Assembly: GCA_951406725.2 (NCBI GenBank) | Contig: OX597822.1 | Location: 99,820,001-99,884,000 of the forward strand | Length of the DNA stretch: 64,000 nucleotides | Source of the DNA: Octopus vulgaris | Taxonomy: Eukaryota | Direction of reading: 5' to 3' | Part shown: piece after piece, positions 37,571 through 52,329 of the stretch | How the letters are laid out: every line of letters starts with the position of its first letter | Position numbering within the stretch: the stretch's first letter is position 1 | Made by a program: the position numbers and the translations under genes | The notes under the pieces: generated by a model | Seen by the model: only the letters and a program-made list of their open reading frames with translations | Told to the model about the DNA's origin: nothing | Database searches by the model: none

Positions 37571-38609
37571 TTTATGCAGTGATAATAATAAGAATTGAAC
37601 CCACAATCTATTGATCATGAGCCAAACAACCTAACCACTAGGCCACATCTTTTAAATTTTCAGTAAACTAAAAGCAAATCTCTGCAATCATCAGTTTAAG
37701 ATGGTTGTTATTGAATTAGGGAAGTGTTCATGATTTTTTGATTTTTTCAGCTAAAAGCTCTAGAAATTTCCTTTTCTAAGGCATATCACCTGTCAAAAAT
37801 AATTCTAAATTCATTGAAATGACAATAATCATAAAAATTACAGAATATATGTTTGTAAGCAGTTCAAATATATGCGAAATGAAAATCTTACATTTAATGA
37901 ACAGTACTCCCACACAATATTCTTAAATGCTTAAGCTATAACAGAAAAAAAATATGAAGAAGCAAATGCAGGAATCCTTCTGTAAATATAATCTTGGAAT
38001 CTTTAGAATTCATTTTTCTCTCCTAATCTTGTTTGTCCTATATACAAATGTATGTGTGTGTATCTGTATGTGTGTGTGTGCACATGTGTTTATGTATGTA
38101 TGTATGTATGTATGTATGTATGTGTGCATTTCATTTTGATTTAATCCTATAATGGTTAAAAATAACATGACCTAACGATATGACATTTCAGTGGAATTTT
38201 TTTTTTTACCATTCTAATAGAGCTACTTTATTTAAGAATGTCATTTGAATTCCTGCATCTATCAAACAAAACATTTGTTTTGGCTTGAAATTAAAATTAT
38301 ATTTTGATAATGAGTAGAAGTTTAATTAATATATATTAAAATCAATACTATTTAATCATCAGAGGTTTATCTTTTCTTTTTCTTTTCTTTTTTTTGACTT
38401 ATTCTGCAAAATGCCGTGGCAATTTTTTTCAAGTTATCATGCTACTTAAAATTCACTGATGGAAAACTTATATCTATCTTGTCATTCTAAGATTCAGCCA
38501 TTACAATTAAACTATTACTTTGATGATGCAAGCTAATAATTCTGAAAAAATGCCGAACAAAGTTACCATAATATCAGATATCAAACTCAATCTACTTTGC
38601 ATTTGATCA

Positions 38610-39000
38610 TCATAATCATCATTATCATCATCATCATTATCATTTAATGTCCGTTGTCCATGCTAGCATGGGTTGGACAGTTTGACCAAGGCTAGTAAGC
38701 TGAGGGCTGCACCAGACTCCAGTCTGATTTGACATGGTTTCTACAACTGGATGCCCTTCCTAACACCAACCACTCTGAGAGGGTAATGTGTGCTTTTACG
38801 TGCCAGTTGTGTGACACCAGTATCTGCCACAACTACGATTTCACTTGGATTGATGGGTCTTCTACTCAAGCATGGCATATTGCCGATTCTTGGTTATTTG
38901 CCAACAAATCTTGGTTATTTGTCATTGCCTCCATGAGGCCCAAAACTCAAAAACTGCTTTTTACATGCCACCGGCATAGGTGCTAGTTACACAACATAGG
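38610..39000 (-). mobile_element. Old RTE 3' fragment
   Basis: (CAT)n then ccatgctagcatgggttggacag...ggatgcccttcctaacaccaaccactc. Confidence 0.8.
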
Positions 39001-39423
39001 CAATGGCCACATTACCTCATTAAAACATTGAAGTTGTCTTCCCTGCCATTTTTTACCAGCACTGAATATTTAGATTTATTCTCATCCTTAAGTTAAATAA
39101 ATTAAAATTTCTTGGTTTATTATGTTTACAAGTGCTGACTTTACTATTAAATATGTAATGATAGGACATCATTTATATGCAGGTGACACTTGCTGTAAGG
39201 TTTACTCCTAAAGAACAACTTCTTATATGACATGCTTCAAATAACATTAGCAGACTGTCATGTTATAAATGATGAACACATCGTTATTTTAATGCTTGCA
39301 TACATGCTAATTTAAGTTTAAGGATGGCAATCTTTTGCACACATAAGCAAATGCCTTGTTTCCTGATCCCTCAATAGAAGTAGAAGTTCCAAGAAATAGA
39401 AGTCCTAAGAGCTGAGCTGGTAC

Positions 39424-39470
39424 CTGTCACTGAGAAGAGAAAATCATGTCGAAACATGGGTGTCTGACAG
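39424..39470 (+). ncRNA. Compact type I hammerhead-like motif (core mutated)
   Basis: ctgtca-CTGAGAA-ga...tc-GAAAC-a-tggg-t-GTC-tgacag; perfect 6-bp stem I, GUC site, G8 replaced by A. Confidence 0.55.
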
Positions 39471-39760
39471 TCTGCTGATATCTTTTGGAGTATAAATGTG
39501 TTACACATAATGTACACATCATTGTTTTAATCGTTAAAGTGCATGTATTTATCCACTACCACCTCCTCCATCACCACCAACACCACCACCATCATCATCA
39601 TCACTTTACCATCTATTTTTCTATGCTTGATTGGGTTAGTCAAGAGTATGTTGAATGCAGTGTTTTTCTACAGTCAGACATCCTTCCTGTTGCCAACCAC
39701 GAGTTGTTTCCAGGCAAGGTAAGAATCTCCCAGTCCATTGCACACATATCTATCTATCTA

Positions 39761-39793
<33 letters not shown>

Positions 39794-40436
39794 CCAGATA
39801 CATTAGATCCATAAAGGATCGAGGCTTATCAATTTAAAGTAAGCCATTAGCTGGCTAGACAGAAGTATTCAAAGCAGACAGTGAGGTAATCCATTCTCAA
39901 AGCATATAATACATGCATACATATATACATGTGTGTGTGCATGCACACATGCTCACACATACACACAGTGAAGAACTTCTTTCAATGTCTGTCTATCAAA
40001 TTCATTCATAAGGCATTGTTCAGCTTTGGACTATAGTAGAAGACATGCCAAGTAATTGGAAAGGCGAACAAGTTAACCTCAAAGCAATACCAACATCTAT
40101 GACTACATATATACATTTTTGTCATTGTATAGATAACAAATTATTGTGAATAGATAACAAATTATCATGAAAAAATTGCTATGAAGTAATGGCAGAAAGT
40201 GTGTGGTGATGTACAGTGCTATTAACGAAATATAATGTGGCTGCTTCACACTGACATGATCATTTACAAGAAAGGAATTGGATAGTTTCATAGTCATCAA
40301 GTCTTTGACAAAGGCATTAGCAACACAAATGAAAATAAACGATGTCCGGCTGTGAATTAAAATCAGGTGATGGATTAACACTGCCAAAAACTTATTGCTG
40401 CACTATATATACATACATTACATACATACATACATA

Positions 40437-40827
40437 TCTATATATATAAAGCTGAAGTTGTCTGTGTATGGCAGGTTTGGTAGCCTTCAACTAACACTAT
40501 CTCCTCCGAGACCCTGCGGTGCAAGTTGACCAAAATTGAGAGTATGATAGAAGAAGGCTTGCTCTTTATTCCGTGGAAGATATAATTCAAATCGGACCAT
40601 GTTAACACTAAAAATTATTTACATCAAAAAGGTGCTTTTTTTTCTATGAAAATCCCTATTTTTTACGATCTTTTTACTGCTGTAACGCCATTTTTTGGTG
40701 TATTTCAACCAGAAAAATGTTCACTTAAGGAGAATAACAAGCTACATAATGCAAAATTTTTACTTTTCAAAATTTCCAATTCTAAAGGGTCAAAACAAAC
40801 CCAAGCAATGCCGGGCGATACTGCTAG
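40437..40827 (+). mobile_element. Non-autonomous Helitron
   Basis: a|TCTATATATATAAAG 5' end; subterminal hairpin cccaagcaatgccggg; 3' CTAG|t; inserted between A and T without TSD. Confidence 0.8.
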
Positions 40828-40892
40828 TATATATATATATATATATAAATTAGAAATGGAGTTAAGCACACATGTTATTCAAATCTTTATAC

Positions 40893-40978
40893 TTCCAACA
40901 TATGTTTCAAAGAAAACACTGATATTATTCTGAAGGGAATAAAATGATATAAAACAATGCAATCATCTTGTCAGGGAA
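40893..40978 (-). ncRNA. Degenerate hammerhead motif
   Basis: Minus: ttcc-CTGACAA...GAAAC-ATAT-GTT-ggaa; deviations are consistent with CpG decay of CTGACGA/GTC. Confidence 0.5.
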
Positions 40979-41061
40979 AAAGAAGAGAAACAAAACACAT
41001 CAATAAGCCATTTTAACCAAATGTGATTATCGCATATATGTAGAAGCTTATTCCCACCCCA

Positions 41062-41676
41062 TACCCTGGTGTGACAACCTTACGAACCATGCCAGAGTTA
41101 GGTTGAGTACAATTTCAAACTACCTTCAGGAGTCCAGCTCTGGATTTTTCCTCAGTGTTTTCTCCCCAAACCTTTCCCATGATGGGTTTCCCCATAAAGC
41201 AGTGGGGTTTGGAGTCAGAGTTTTCCTTCTCATAGATGGGTTGCCTTCCAGGGCTAACCGGTCCCATCTACCCAAAGCACTGGTTTTGGGGCACCAGTAA
41301 CTTGCCCTTGTCACTTCTCCTGTCAGTAGTAACAGTTCCGCCGGGCCCAGGTGATAGGCCACATGAGAAGGCCAGGAGCTGGACTTGGCTGTCAGATACT
41401 CTTTGAGACACACGCCATAAGGGCATTTTTTTAGGCCATGAGCGTGAATAAAAAAAACCTAAAAGAACATGGCAAAAGATCATTCCTGCTGGAGAGAGAT
41501 GCTGAGTACCACCCTGAGGGAAAGAGAAGATCACATACGTCAGACAGCAGAGAACAGACGGAGACAGAGGAAGACCAAACCACCAACAAATGACCAACCG
41601 ACCAACCACATTTGCAGCACCAAATCCAATCCAAGATGCAGATCCATAGTCTTTCGAGACTAATGGATGCCATTCC
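41062..41676. mobile_element. Second RTE family remnant: inverted 5'UTR-like part (41062-41430, -) joined to a 3' end (41431-41676, +)
   Basis: Minus ggtagatggg...ggaaggcaacccatctatgagaaggaaaactctga resembles RTE 5' leaders; plus AKDHSCWREML...AENRRRQRK and terminal hairpin atagtctttcgagacta resemble RTE 3' ends. Confidence 0.6.
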
Positions 41677-43135
41677 ATATATATATATACTGTAAATCCT
41701 CGAGTATAGTCTGCCCTTGAGTATAATACACAGGGGATTTTTAGGGGGCTGTACTTCTGAAAAACCTAAAACCTTGCATATAATACGCACCACTTCTCTA
41801 ACTTAACTTGAGTTGTGCATAATAAATATATATATATATATAATCTGAAATAGCTTACTCTTAGAACCATATTGATTTCTTATTAGTTTGAAAATAAATA
41901 ACAAATATGTTATACTTTATTTTTTCTCTTACATCATCTCTTCCAAACCTACTTCAGAGTAAACAAGCCAAACCATCCAGCATTGACTTGTATACAAAAG
42001 ACATGAAGAATTTATAAATAATGGACATCTACATGTCCCATCTTTACTCAATTAATAAAAATTTGCTTCTAAAAATACACACACATTTTTCATTAAATTA
42101 GTTTTGATAGATTTAGAAACAAAAGTTGGATAGTTCTTGTTAAACTACCAGTATTAAATCTCAAGGCATTAAGTCATAGAAGTTTTGCTCTCTGGATTTC
42201 GACCATATTAGAAACCAATTTTTTTTTTTCTGCAAGCTTTGAAAATGACACACAAATGTATCGAATTTTAGTTTAGGAAGTAAGTAAAGATTATTCATAT
42301 GGCTCTATTGATCCAATTTTTTATCTATATTCTTTAAAATAGCTTTTGACAAATGAACTCACTTCCAATATTCATAGTTGCCACTCAAGAGTTAACATCT
42401 TTCTCTCTCTCTCCTATCTATGGACCGTCTGTAACTTGTCAAACAGATCACATCTTATACACATCTACTGTTTAATGAGCTAAACTGTATTTCAGCTTTG
42501 CTCTCTTTTTTTTTATTGCAATGCACAGTTATTCAAAGTGACAATCAAAGACATATCATTCAAAAATAATTCAACTGAATATTCTGTTGTAGATGAATTA
42601 CATATAGACAAGAAAATGGTGCCTGAATCCAGACAAAAATATTACTTATTTATCTAAGAAAGCTTTCAGAAACATAAAAAAAATGACAAGTTTACTTAAT
42701 GAGAAGACAGGTAATAAATATCATTTTCTCTTGAAGTGCTTAGCAGATATCTCCTGGTTTTCTGAGAATATTCTAAGGTGTAGGTATGACCATGTGGTTA
42801 AGAAACTTACTTTGCAGTCATGTGGCTTCAGGCTTGATCCTGGTAGGTGGCATTTTGGGCAAGTGTTTTTCACTATAGCCTTCGGTTTACTAAAGGGAAT
42901 AAGGTACACCGAAGCTGTACAGAAACCAGTTATATGCAGGTGTGTGTGTGTGCATGTAGATAGATAGAGAGAAACATAGGTGTGTGTGTGTGTATGTTTT
43001 ATTTATTATTTTGCACATTACTTAATCATCATTATATTTTTTATCTTATATTTAATTTTTCTATAATATGTAATTTTCTAGATGGTGTAACTTAATTTTT
43101 CCTTTTTGAATTGATAAAAGGTGGGTTTTTTTCTA

Positions 43136-43182
<47 letters not shown>

Positions 43183-43256
43183 TTTGTGAAATTTGATTTA
43201 GCATTTCTAAATTGAAGTTTTCCCTGTAAGTTTGGAATAATATTCCCTCATATTAT

Positions 43257-43307
<51 letters not shown>

Positions 43308-43716
43308 TATACACACACATGCACACCCACACACGCACACACACATACATACACACACAAAAATTGGTCATCTTTTAGTTTCAGCAATCACAAGGCTGTA
43401 GCCTGCTTAAGGCTATAGTAGAAGACACTAGTCCAAGATGCCATACAGCATGACTGACCATGAGGTCGGGAAGTCAAACTTCTATACCATACAGTCATGC
43501 TAAGTATTTCCCAACCACATGGTTCTGGGTTCAGTTCCACTGCATGGCACCTTGGGCAAGAGCCTTCTACTAGCTCCTTGAGCCGAAACCAATAGAAAAA
43601 GTACCAGGCTCAAAAAATAATTCACGAGGTCGATTTGTTCGACTAAAAGCCTTTAAGACAGTGCTCCAGCATGGCCACAGTCAAATGACTGAAACCAGTA
43701 AAAGAATAAGAGAATA

Positions 43717-43754
<38 letters not shown>

Positions 43755-43759
43755 CGTGC

Positions 43760-44097
43760 GTACTTGTGGGAGAGGGAAACCCAAGAAGAAATGGCAGGAA
43801 GTACTGAAGGCTGATCTCAAGATGCTGAGCCTTATAAAGGAATGACAAAGTACAGCGATATCTGGCATTTTGCTGTACTCAAGAAGACCTGCCCACCACA
43901 GCAGAATTGATATCCTAAAACCACTTTGGTGATGAACACTACACTCACAGAGTGGTTGGGATTAGGAAGGGCATCCAGCTGTCGAAACACTACCAGATCA
44001 GAGCCTGGTGCAACCTCCTGGCTTCCCAGACCCCAGTCAAACTGTCCAACCCATACTAGCATGGAAAACAGATGTTAAACGATGATGATGATGATGA
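43760..44097 (+). mobile_element. Chimeric/decayed RTE 3' fragment
   Basis: TCGRGKPKKKWQEVLKADL-like coding remnant followed by the RTE tail and (GAT)n. Confidence 0.8.
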
Positions 44098-46482
44098 AGG
44101 GTTAAATATATTTATATAGAAAATTTAAAGCAAGAAGTTTGTATCTTAACACCAAGGAGCAATGTCAGGTGGGTTGGTATCAAAACGGTAAATGGTTTCA
44201 TTCCATATGGAATCAACAGCTGATTTTATCTGGCAATGAAGCATCAATAGAATTATAATTCAATATTGGCTTACTTTGAGAAGACTTCATTAGCATGAGT
44301 ATAAATTTTGCCAAAGACCATTAATCATGAGTAAATTTCATATAAACTTCATCAAAAAGAAAAAAAACAACTTTTGACACCAAATTCTTGTATCTTCTTA
44401 CTATCGTGTACATTCTGCAGCTGGTTTTTAATTCTAATTTATCTATATATTAATTGGATTTCCTTTTAGTTCATCAGCACAGCCTACACGATGTTGTTTA
44501 TCTTTTGATCAAATAGAATTAAGTAAACCTATAATCAAAGACATTCCAGCCATAGCCATCCTAGAATGTGTGTCTTTTCCTTAATTAAGATAGTAAGATG
44601 TGATTTAAGGGATGTTGACTGTTATTTCTAACAGATCTAGTGACTACATAGAGATTTCCTAAGTTAAACCCGAACCATTTGTGACCATCTCATTCCTTTT
44701 TAAGACAATGAGGTATGATTTAAGAAAGATCTTACTACTGTTTCTAGCAGATCTAGCAATTATATAGAGGGTTCACTTCTAACCAACTTGGTTTTTCTGT
44801 TTTTGCTAAGTTTTTTGTTTTAATGACATTAAGGTATAGTTCAATAAAAATTTGAGTGCTATTTTTACTATTTCAAGTATAAATGCCCCCTTTTTTAGCT
44901 TAGCTGTTCTAGTCATTGTTTCCATTATCCCTGATATGGAAGGGAAAGAATGAGGAAGGTATCCTCAAAATAGAAGACACCTTCTTCCAAATACTTGCAA
45001 CGAAGTAACCTTTGCTAAAGGCACCCAAAGACTAACCCATCATCATCAAACATCTGTCTTCCATGCTAGCATGAGTTTAACTATTCAACAGGATTCAACA
45101 ACAACAAAGAAGACTGTTGAGCTCTAATGTCTGCTTTGGCAAAATTTCTAGAGTTGGATGCACTCCCTCTCATACCAACCCCATTACAGAGTCTACTGGG
45201 TGCCTTTTATTAGTAACAACACCACTCTGGTAAGCCAGAGAGCTGTACTGGGTTCCAGTCTGATCTGGCAGTGTTTCTACAGCTGGATGCCCTTCGTAAT
45301 GCCAACCACACCAAGAGAGTAGTGGATGCCTCTTATGTGTTACCGGCATGGGTGCTCTAACACATAACCAGCACAGAAGCTCAAGAACTAAGTAGTATGG
45401 TATTTGATTTACCTGTATTTCTCTCTCTCTCTCTCTCTATACATATAGACACAAACACACACACACACACATGCTAGGCTTCCACACAGTTTTTGTCTGT
45501 GGGTTCAGTCCCAAAGTGCAGCACCTTGAATAAATGGCTTCTACTATAGCCCTTTGCTGACCAAATTCACTTACAAAACATCAAGGGCTACAGTAGAAGA
45601 CACTTGCTGAAGCCATGTGGTAGGAAAGCATTACTTCTTAACCACACAGCCATGCCTGTTTGTGTGTTTATATATGTGTATGTATGTGAGTGTTAATGTG
45701 TCCATACATGCATATTTATGTATGTGTGTGTGTGTGTGTACATGGGTGCATGCATGTGTATGTGTGCACACGTGTGCACATGCACAAGCATGTGTTTGAG
45801 TGAAAGATAAAAGACTTGATAGTCATGACCTGACTATCTGATTTTAGGGTTGCTTGAATCAGGGTCTGATATCGAGCTAAACAATAACAACAACAACAAC
45901 AACAGCAATAACAACAACAACAAGAACAGCAACACAACAACAGCAACAGAACAACAACAACAACAACAACAACAATAGCAATAGCAACAACAGCCCATGT
46001 TTCATACAGGGGATGTAAAATTCTTTCTCCCAGTGTGAGTCTACCCATACATGCTAGGAACGCTTTAATTTTATTTTTTCTTTATTGTCAGAACAATAAC
46101 ACACTAATTAACATTCTCTTCTTTATCTTAATTAACAAATCTCTGTAGTATCTTACCACTGCTTCATTATGGGAACGAAAAATGAAACCGCAACGAAAAA
46201 AGTCTTTCTTCGTTTTTCTTTTTACATTTGCACAAAAGCATAACATTTATAAAAGGAATATAGTCAACGCTTTGTGAATAAATTTGGTAGACAAAAATCT
46301 GGTTTGGAAACCTTGTGTGGCCATAGTTTACATTGAGTACAACATACAAGGAGGTGCTGAAAAGTTCCTGGGTTTGAGTAAAAGATAATACACGAGGATC
46401 AGTTAATTATGATTTTATTCAACACGAGCAAAACGCCTCCCACCCCCGTCCAATGGATGGTGCTGAGTTGTCAAACATTTAA

Positions 46483-46703
46483 CCCTTTAGCATTTAAACC
46501 GGCTATATCCGGCCAAAAGTATTCTGCTTGTTTTATGTTCAAACTGGCCAGATCTGGTCTCTCACACCAACCCTACAATATTGTTTAAAAAATTAACAGC
46601 TACCTCATCAAAATCTCAAAGCTACAAGATAAGGTATGATTAGTTCAAAACGATGTTGATAAAAAAGGATTAATTTTGGGAGAATAATGCGAACACTAAA
46701 GGG
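46483..46703 (+). mobile_element. piggyBac-like MITE family 2
   Basis: TTAA|CCCTTTAG...CTAAAGGG|TTAA. Confidence 0.88.
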
Positions 46704-46938
46704 TTAAACAAAATAGTTTCAAAGCAACTTGTCCAACCACCCCATAGGCCTCCCCTTTGGGAAATACTGATTTAACCTAGATTTGAGACACTGTGCATTT
46801 TTCTGGCATACGCCTAGTATTGATCGCAACAGCTGATGTACTTGCACATTCAAATGCACACACCCACGGCTTTATCGATCGCATTCTCACCTGGAATCAA
46901 TTTTTGTAATTTTTTCAAGACTTATACACACCCTGATA

Positions 46939-47171
46939 CCTATTTCTTTACTACTCACAAGAGGCTAAACACAGAGAGGAGGACAAACAAGGACAGACAA
47001 ACGGATTAAGTTGATTATATCGACCCCAGTGTGTAACTGGTACTTATTTAATCGACCCCGAAAGGATGAAAGGCAAAGTTGACCTCGGCGGAATTTGAAC
47101 TCAGAAAGTAGCGACAGGCAAAATACTGCTAAGCATTTCGCCCGGAGTGCTAACATTTCTGCCAGCTCGCC
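46939..47171 (-). mobile_element. SINE family A monomer
   Basis: Reverse complement of the 21731-21950 type. Confidence 0.88.
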
Positions 47172-47887
47172 TTTTTTTGTTTTTGTTTAATTGTATAATG
47201 TTTGTGCCTTCATTGATCTCATGGCTAAGAAAGAAACAACGATTTTAATCATCATATCATCATAGTGGCTGTCAATGTCATCATCATTATTATCATTATT
47301 ATCACCACCATCACTGTTACACCACTGCCATCACCGCTGCTTCCACAACCAACACCCGCACCACCACTACCACCCTTGACACCATCACCAGTACCCTCCA
47401 CACAAAGAACACCATCACCACCTCCCACCATATTCAAACAACCACCACAACTGCAACCTACACATCACCACCACCACTACCACCACCACCCCTACTCCTG
47501 TTTTTATTGTATTATTGATACTAATATTAATGAGGTGAGAAGGGTAGTGTTTATAATTGCTACATTTCAATTCTTCGTCAATTTGTATTAAACAAAATTA
47601 AGAAAGCGAAACCGAGTTGTTTTTTTATTTGTTTATCTTTCTTTAACTCTTCCATTCCGCTTAGAAAAATAGTAGAAGTGATTTATTGTACAGAACGCAA
47701 AATTAAAATATTAAGAACCATTAAAATGTAATAATAATTCTATAGTGCCATTGATTGCTTCTTGGCTGCAATTACAGAGAAGAAAAGGGAGCATGTAATA
47801 AATTTTACTTTTAAGTTGTTTTCTTTTGTTTTTTTTTTTCTTGTTTTAACATTAGCGAGTTTCTACAATTGATTATATACAATCCTT

Positions 47888-48060
47888 TTCCTGAATATCA
47901 TCATCATCATCATCAGCGTCGTCATCACTGCTGCTATCATCATCATTACTACCACTGCTATCATCATCACAACGATGACGGCCACCACCACCACTATCAT
48001 AACGATGATGGCCACCACCACCACCCCATCATCACAACAATGATGATGACGACGATGACG

Positions 48061-48091
<31 letters not shown>

Positions 48092-48230
48092 CCACCACCA
48101 CCACCACTGCTATCATCACAATGATGACGGCCACCACCACCACCACCCCATCGTGACAACAATGATGATGATGATGACGACCACCACCACCACGACCACC
48201 ACCAACCACCATTACCATCATCATCATCAA
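47888..48230. repeat. (CAT)/(CAC)/(GAT) low-complexity tract with higher-order duplication
   Basis: Directly visible. Confidence 0.9.
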
Positions 48231-48456
48231 TGTTTTAATGCCTACTTTTTCATGCTTGCACAGGTCAGCTCTGATAGTATGTTGGCAGGCAGAGTTTTCT
48301 TTGGCCAGATGCTCTTCTTCTTGTTGCCAACTCCCACTTGTTTATCGGACAATAAATACCATGGACATATTTTATTAGGAAAACTAGGAATAAACACCAC
48401 CTTGAAAAAGAAACTTGTTTATAAACCAGCAAATGCAAAGGATATACAAACTCACT

Positions 48457-48499
<43 letters not shown>

Positions 48500-49055
48500 G
48501 AAAGCTGAATTGAAACATAGAAACAGTTAATGGGAAAAGGAACATAGAAATCCTATCCGCAGCCGTGGAGACCAGACTCAGCATAGTTTTGACACATTTA
48601 AATTCCAAAGGCCTTACATTCCATGTTAGAACTCCAATGGCCATACCAGTGATATTGAGAATATCAAATAGGCACTGACATGATAAACAAACAAGGACTA
48701 AATATATATATATATATATATATACACAAGATAAGAAAATGGAGAAATACATCTAAATCAAATATCAATTACCAGATAATACTCAATCACATACTTTATT
48801 AAACCACCACATAAGAGACTGTAGGGTTAAATATAAAAAGCAGAACAAATCAGTGTACATAAAGGAATGTACATAAAAAAGTGTACATAAAAGAGTAATG
48901 TTGTATAATAAGTAGAATATATATAAAAGAGAATATAAATATAAGTAAATATAAATATAAGTATAGATTACATCTTACAGCTGTTTCAGCCATGTAGATA
49001 AGTATGTCTCATTTTTATCCCATGGAGGGTTGCATTTACAACCCCTATCTCAATT

Positions 49056-49107
<52 letters not shown>

Positions 49108-49491
49108 CTTTGGCCTTCCATACACTGTATACATACAGAGTGAATTTGGTGTGTATATTTAGAGTTGAATTGTTGTTGTAACCATAATGCTCTGGTGATC
49201 TGATGGGGTACCTTTCTTTATTTGCATTAATTTGTGAATATACAATTGTATTGTATTAATACTAAGCATTCATATTAATGCAAATATGTACGCATAATTT
49301 TTTGCATACTAAAATTAATAATGAATAAGATTGTAAAATAGGTTGTAAAATAGTTATAATCTAAGGGAAGTTACATAGTTTTACACACACACACACACAA
49401 CAGGTTTCTTTCAGTTACCATCTATCAAATTCACTCAGAAGATACTTCAGTTCTATTATTAAGAGATGAGGAATTATGTATAATATTTACA

Positions 49492-49581
49492 TTATTTACA
49501 TTTGACAGATATTTGTCCTCATCTTGTTTGTTGTTTACACAACAAACAAGATGAGGACAAATATCCATCAAATGTAAATAA
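49492..49581. repeat. Hairpin (43-bp arms, 4-nt loop) inside a 138-bp insert with 12-bp TSD
   Basis: ttatttacatttgacagatatttgtcctcatcttgtttgttgt is mirrored; cagaagatactt at 49436-47 and 49586-97. Confidence 0.88.
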
Positions 49582-50716
49582 GGTACAGAAGATACTTGTT
49601 TAAAATTACCATGGACTGGGATTGGACCTGACACCACACAGTTACAAAATAAAATTCTTAACAACACACCCACACATCCATACACACACAACCATCCCTA
49701 TATCAATGAGTTTAAAGAATTCTTTCACAAACAGCAAACAGTGACAAACAGCAAATATTGATTAAAATTTTGGTACAAGATCAGTGGTTTTCGGTAGTGG
49801 GGGTTAGTCGATTTCAGAATCTCAAGTACATGAATGGAACTTTATTTTATTGATCCAGAAAGAATGAAAGGCAAAGTTGACCTTTGCAGGATTTGAGTTC
49901 AGCATGTAAAGAGTTGGAAGGAATATCACTTAGCATTTAGCCCGATACACTGGTTCTGTCAGATCATTGCCTTACCAAAAACAACAGCAATTAATACTGT
50001 GTAGCTCAGTTAAAACCTACTTTCAGTTTTGAATTTATTTTAATTGTATTATTGAAATAATCTAAGTTGGTAAGCTGGCAGAATCATTAGGATAAGAAAA
50101 AGAAGTTCTTTCCCAAATCAAATAGGGCCATTTTCTTGGATTCTCAGGTGTATATACTTACCCCTAGATGAGGCACCAGTCCGTTGCAGGAATCCTCTTT
50201 TCCAAGCTGGGTGAGCTGGAGCAACATGAAATGAAATACTTTGCTCAAAAACACAATGCATCACCCAGTCCAGTAATTGAAACTGCAATCTCATGATCAG
50301 GAGTCTAACACTCTTACCACTAAGCCACGTGCCTCCGGAATCATTGGATCTTTGGAAAAAATGCCAAGCAGCATTTGCTCTGCTTTTTTACATTCTGAAT
50401 TCAAATATTGCAGAGATCAACTTTGGTTTTCAATTCTGTAAGGGACAATAAAATGAAGTATCCATCAAAAATTTGGGGGTCAATGGTATCAACAGCCCCT
50501 TCTTACAATCAAAAATTTCAGACCTCATCAAGTACTGGGTTCTATGGTAACAACTAACCCTTTCTTCACATCAAAATTTCTGACCTTAGAAACAATTACT
50601 TAAATGATTATTTGCTGTTGAAATTGAAGTTTGAAAGGATTAAAAAAAATTAATTGCAGTTCAACAAATAAACAGTCCTTCCACACCACCACCTTTATTA
50701 TTATTATTATTATTAA

Positions 50717-50747
<31 letters not shown>

Positions 50748-51918
50748 ATTATTAATATTAATATTATTATTATTAATATTATTATTATTATTATTATTAT
50801 TATTGCAGTTGTTGTTATTATCACTGTTGATGTTGTTATTATTATTATTATCATTTTTATTATTTTAGTTGTTATTATCATTGTTGTTGCTGCACTTATT
50901 ATTATTATTATTATTATTATTTATTTTTATTTTATTTATTTATTTTTTTACAAATATAAATTGCTCTGAGCAATTCTGCCGAAAGAAACAGGAATTCTGG
51001 TGACAAAAGTAATCAGAGACATAATAATTGATCTTCCAGTGTGCACAAAAATCAAACTTCAGCAAGAGTTTTAAGATTATTTTTTTATGATAACGAAATT
51101 CCTTTTTCTTGTAATTTCTCTCTCTCTCTCTTTCTCTCTTTCTTTTGTTCTTCCCACCCCACCCCCACCCCACCCCCTCCCACACCCCAAATATTTCTAC
51201 AATTTCTTTAATTATTATCTCTCACTATCTTAAGGCTATGATGATGCTCTTCCACCATCCTGCATCACACAACATAACACAGCACAGCAAATGCGCAGAT
51301 TCGTACAGACAAAACCAGAACAAGTGATGCCAGTACCTGATTCCACGACAAATAATTTCGAAGTAGCAATTCAAAGATATCAATACTTCAGTTATCCTCC
51401 TGAAAATCGATTTTTTTTTGCTTCCCCCTATCCTCCCCAACAAATCAATAAATTGATATATTGATTTTTTTTTTGATGAGACACTCATGAATTTTTAGTA
51501 ACAGAGGAAATTGCAATTAATTGAATTTATAGGGACCTATTTGATTGACCCCCCTACAAAAATAAAACGATGCTGATGCTAGATCAAGCTGAACCTGTTT
51601 TTCCCCTCCAAAGATTTAGTGCCAAAAAAAAAAAAAAGGGCTGAGTGGCTGAAATTCTAATAAGCTCTGTATGTGTAAATATATACATACATACATATAT
51701 ATATATAAATATATACATACATATATATATAAATATATACATACATATATAAATAAATATATACATACATGCATATAAATATATACATACATGCATATAA
51801 ATATATACATACATACATATAAATATATACATACATACATATAAATATATACATACATACATATAAATATATACATACATACATATAAATATATACATAC
51901 ATATAAATATATACATAC

Positions 51919-51969
<51 letters not shown>

Positions 51970-52226
51970 CATACCACTGACAGACAGATATTTCTTTTTC
52001 TTTTTTTTTTTTTTTTGGCAAGGCAATTCTTATGCTTCAGAATGGCTAGAAAACTGCTATTAATTAAATCTAGCCAAAATGAAACTAATATTTCAAATAA
52101 ATAATAAAACAATGATGATGATGATGATGATGATGATGATAATAATAATAATAATAATGATGACACTGATTTCCTCCTTGAGTGGATGGAGGGTGTTTCT
52201 TTTATGTGTGTTACATACACATACTT

Positions 52227-52272
<46 letters not shown>

Positions 52273-52275
52273 TTA

Positions 52276-52329
<54 letters not shown>

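Noticed and set aside
47252-48458. Pro/His/Thr-rich ORFs
   Set aside because: CAC/CAT low-complexity tracts without splice or domain evidence.
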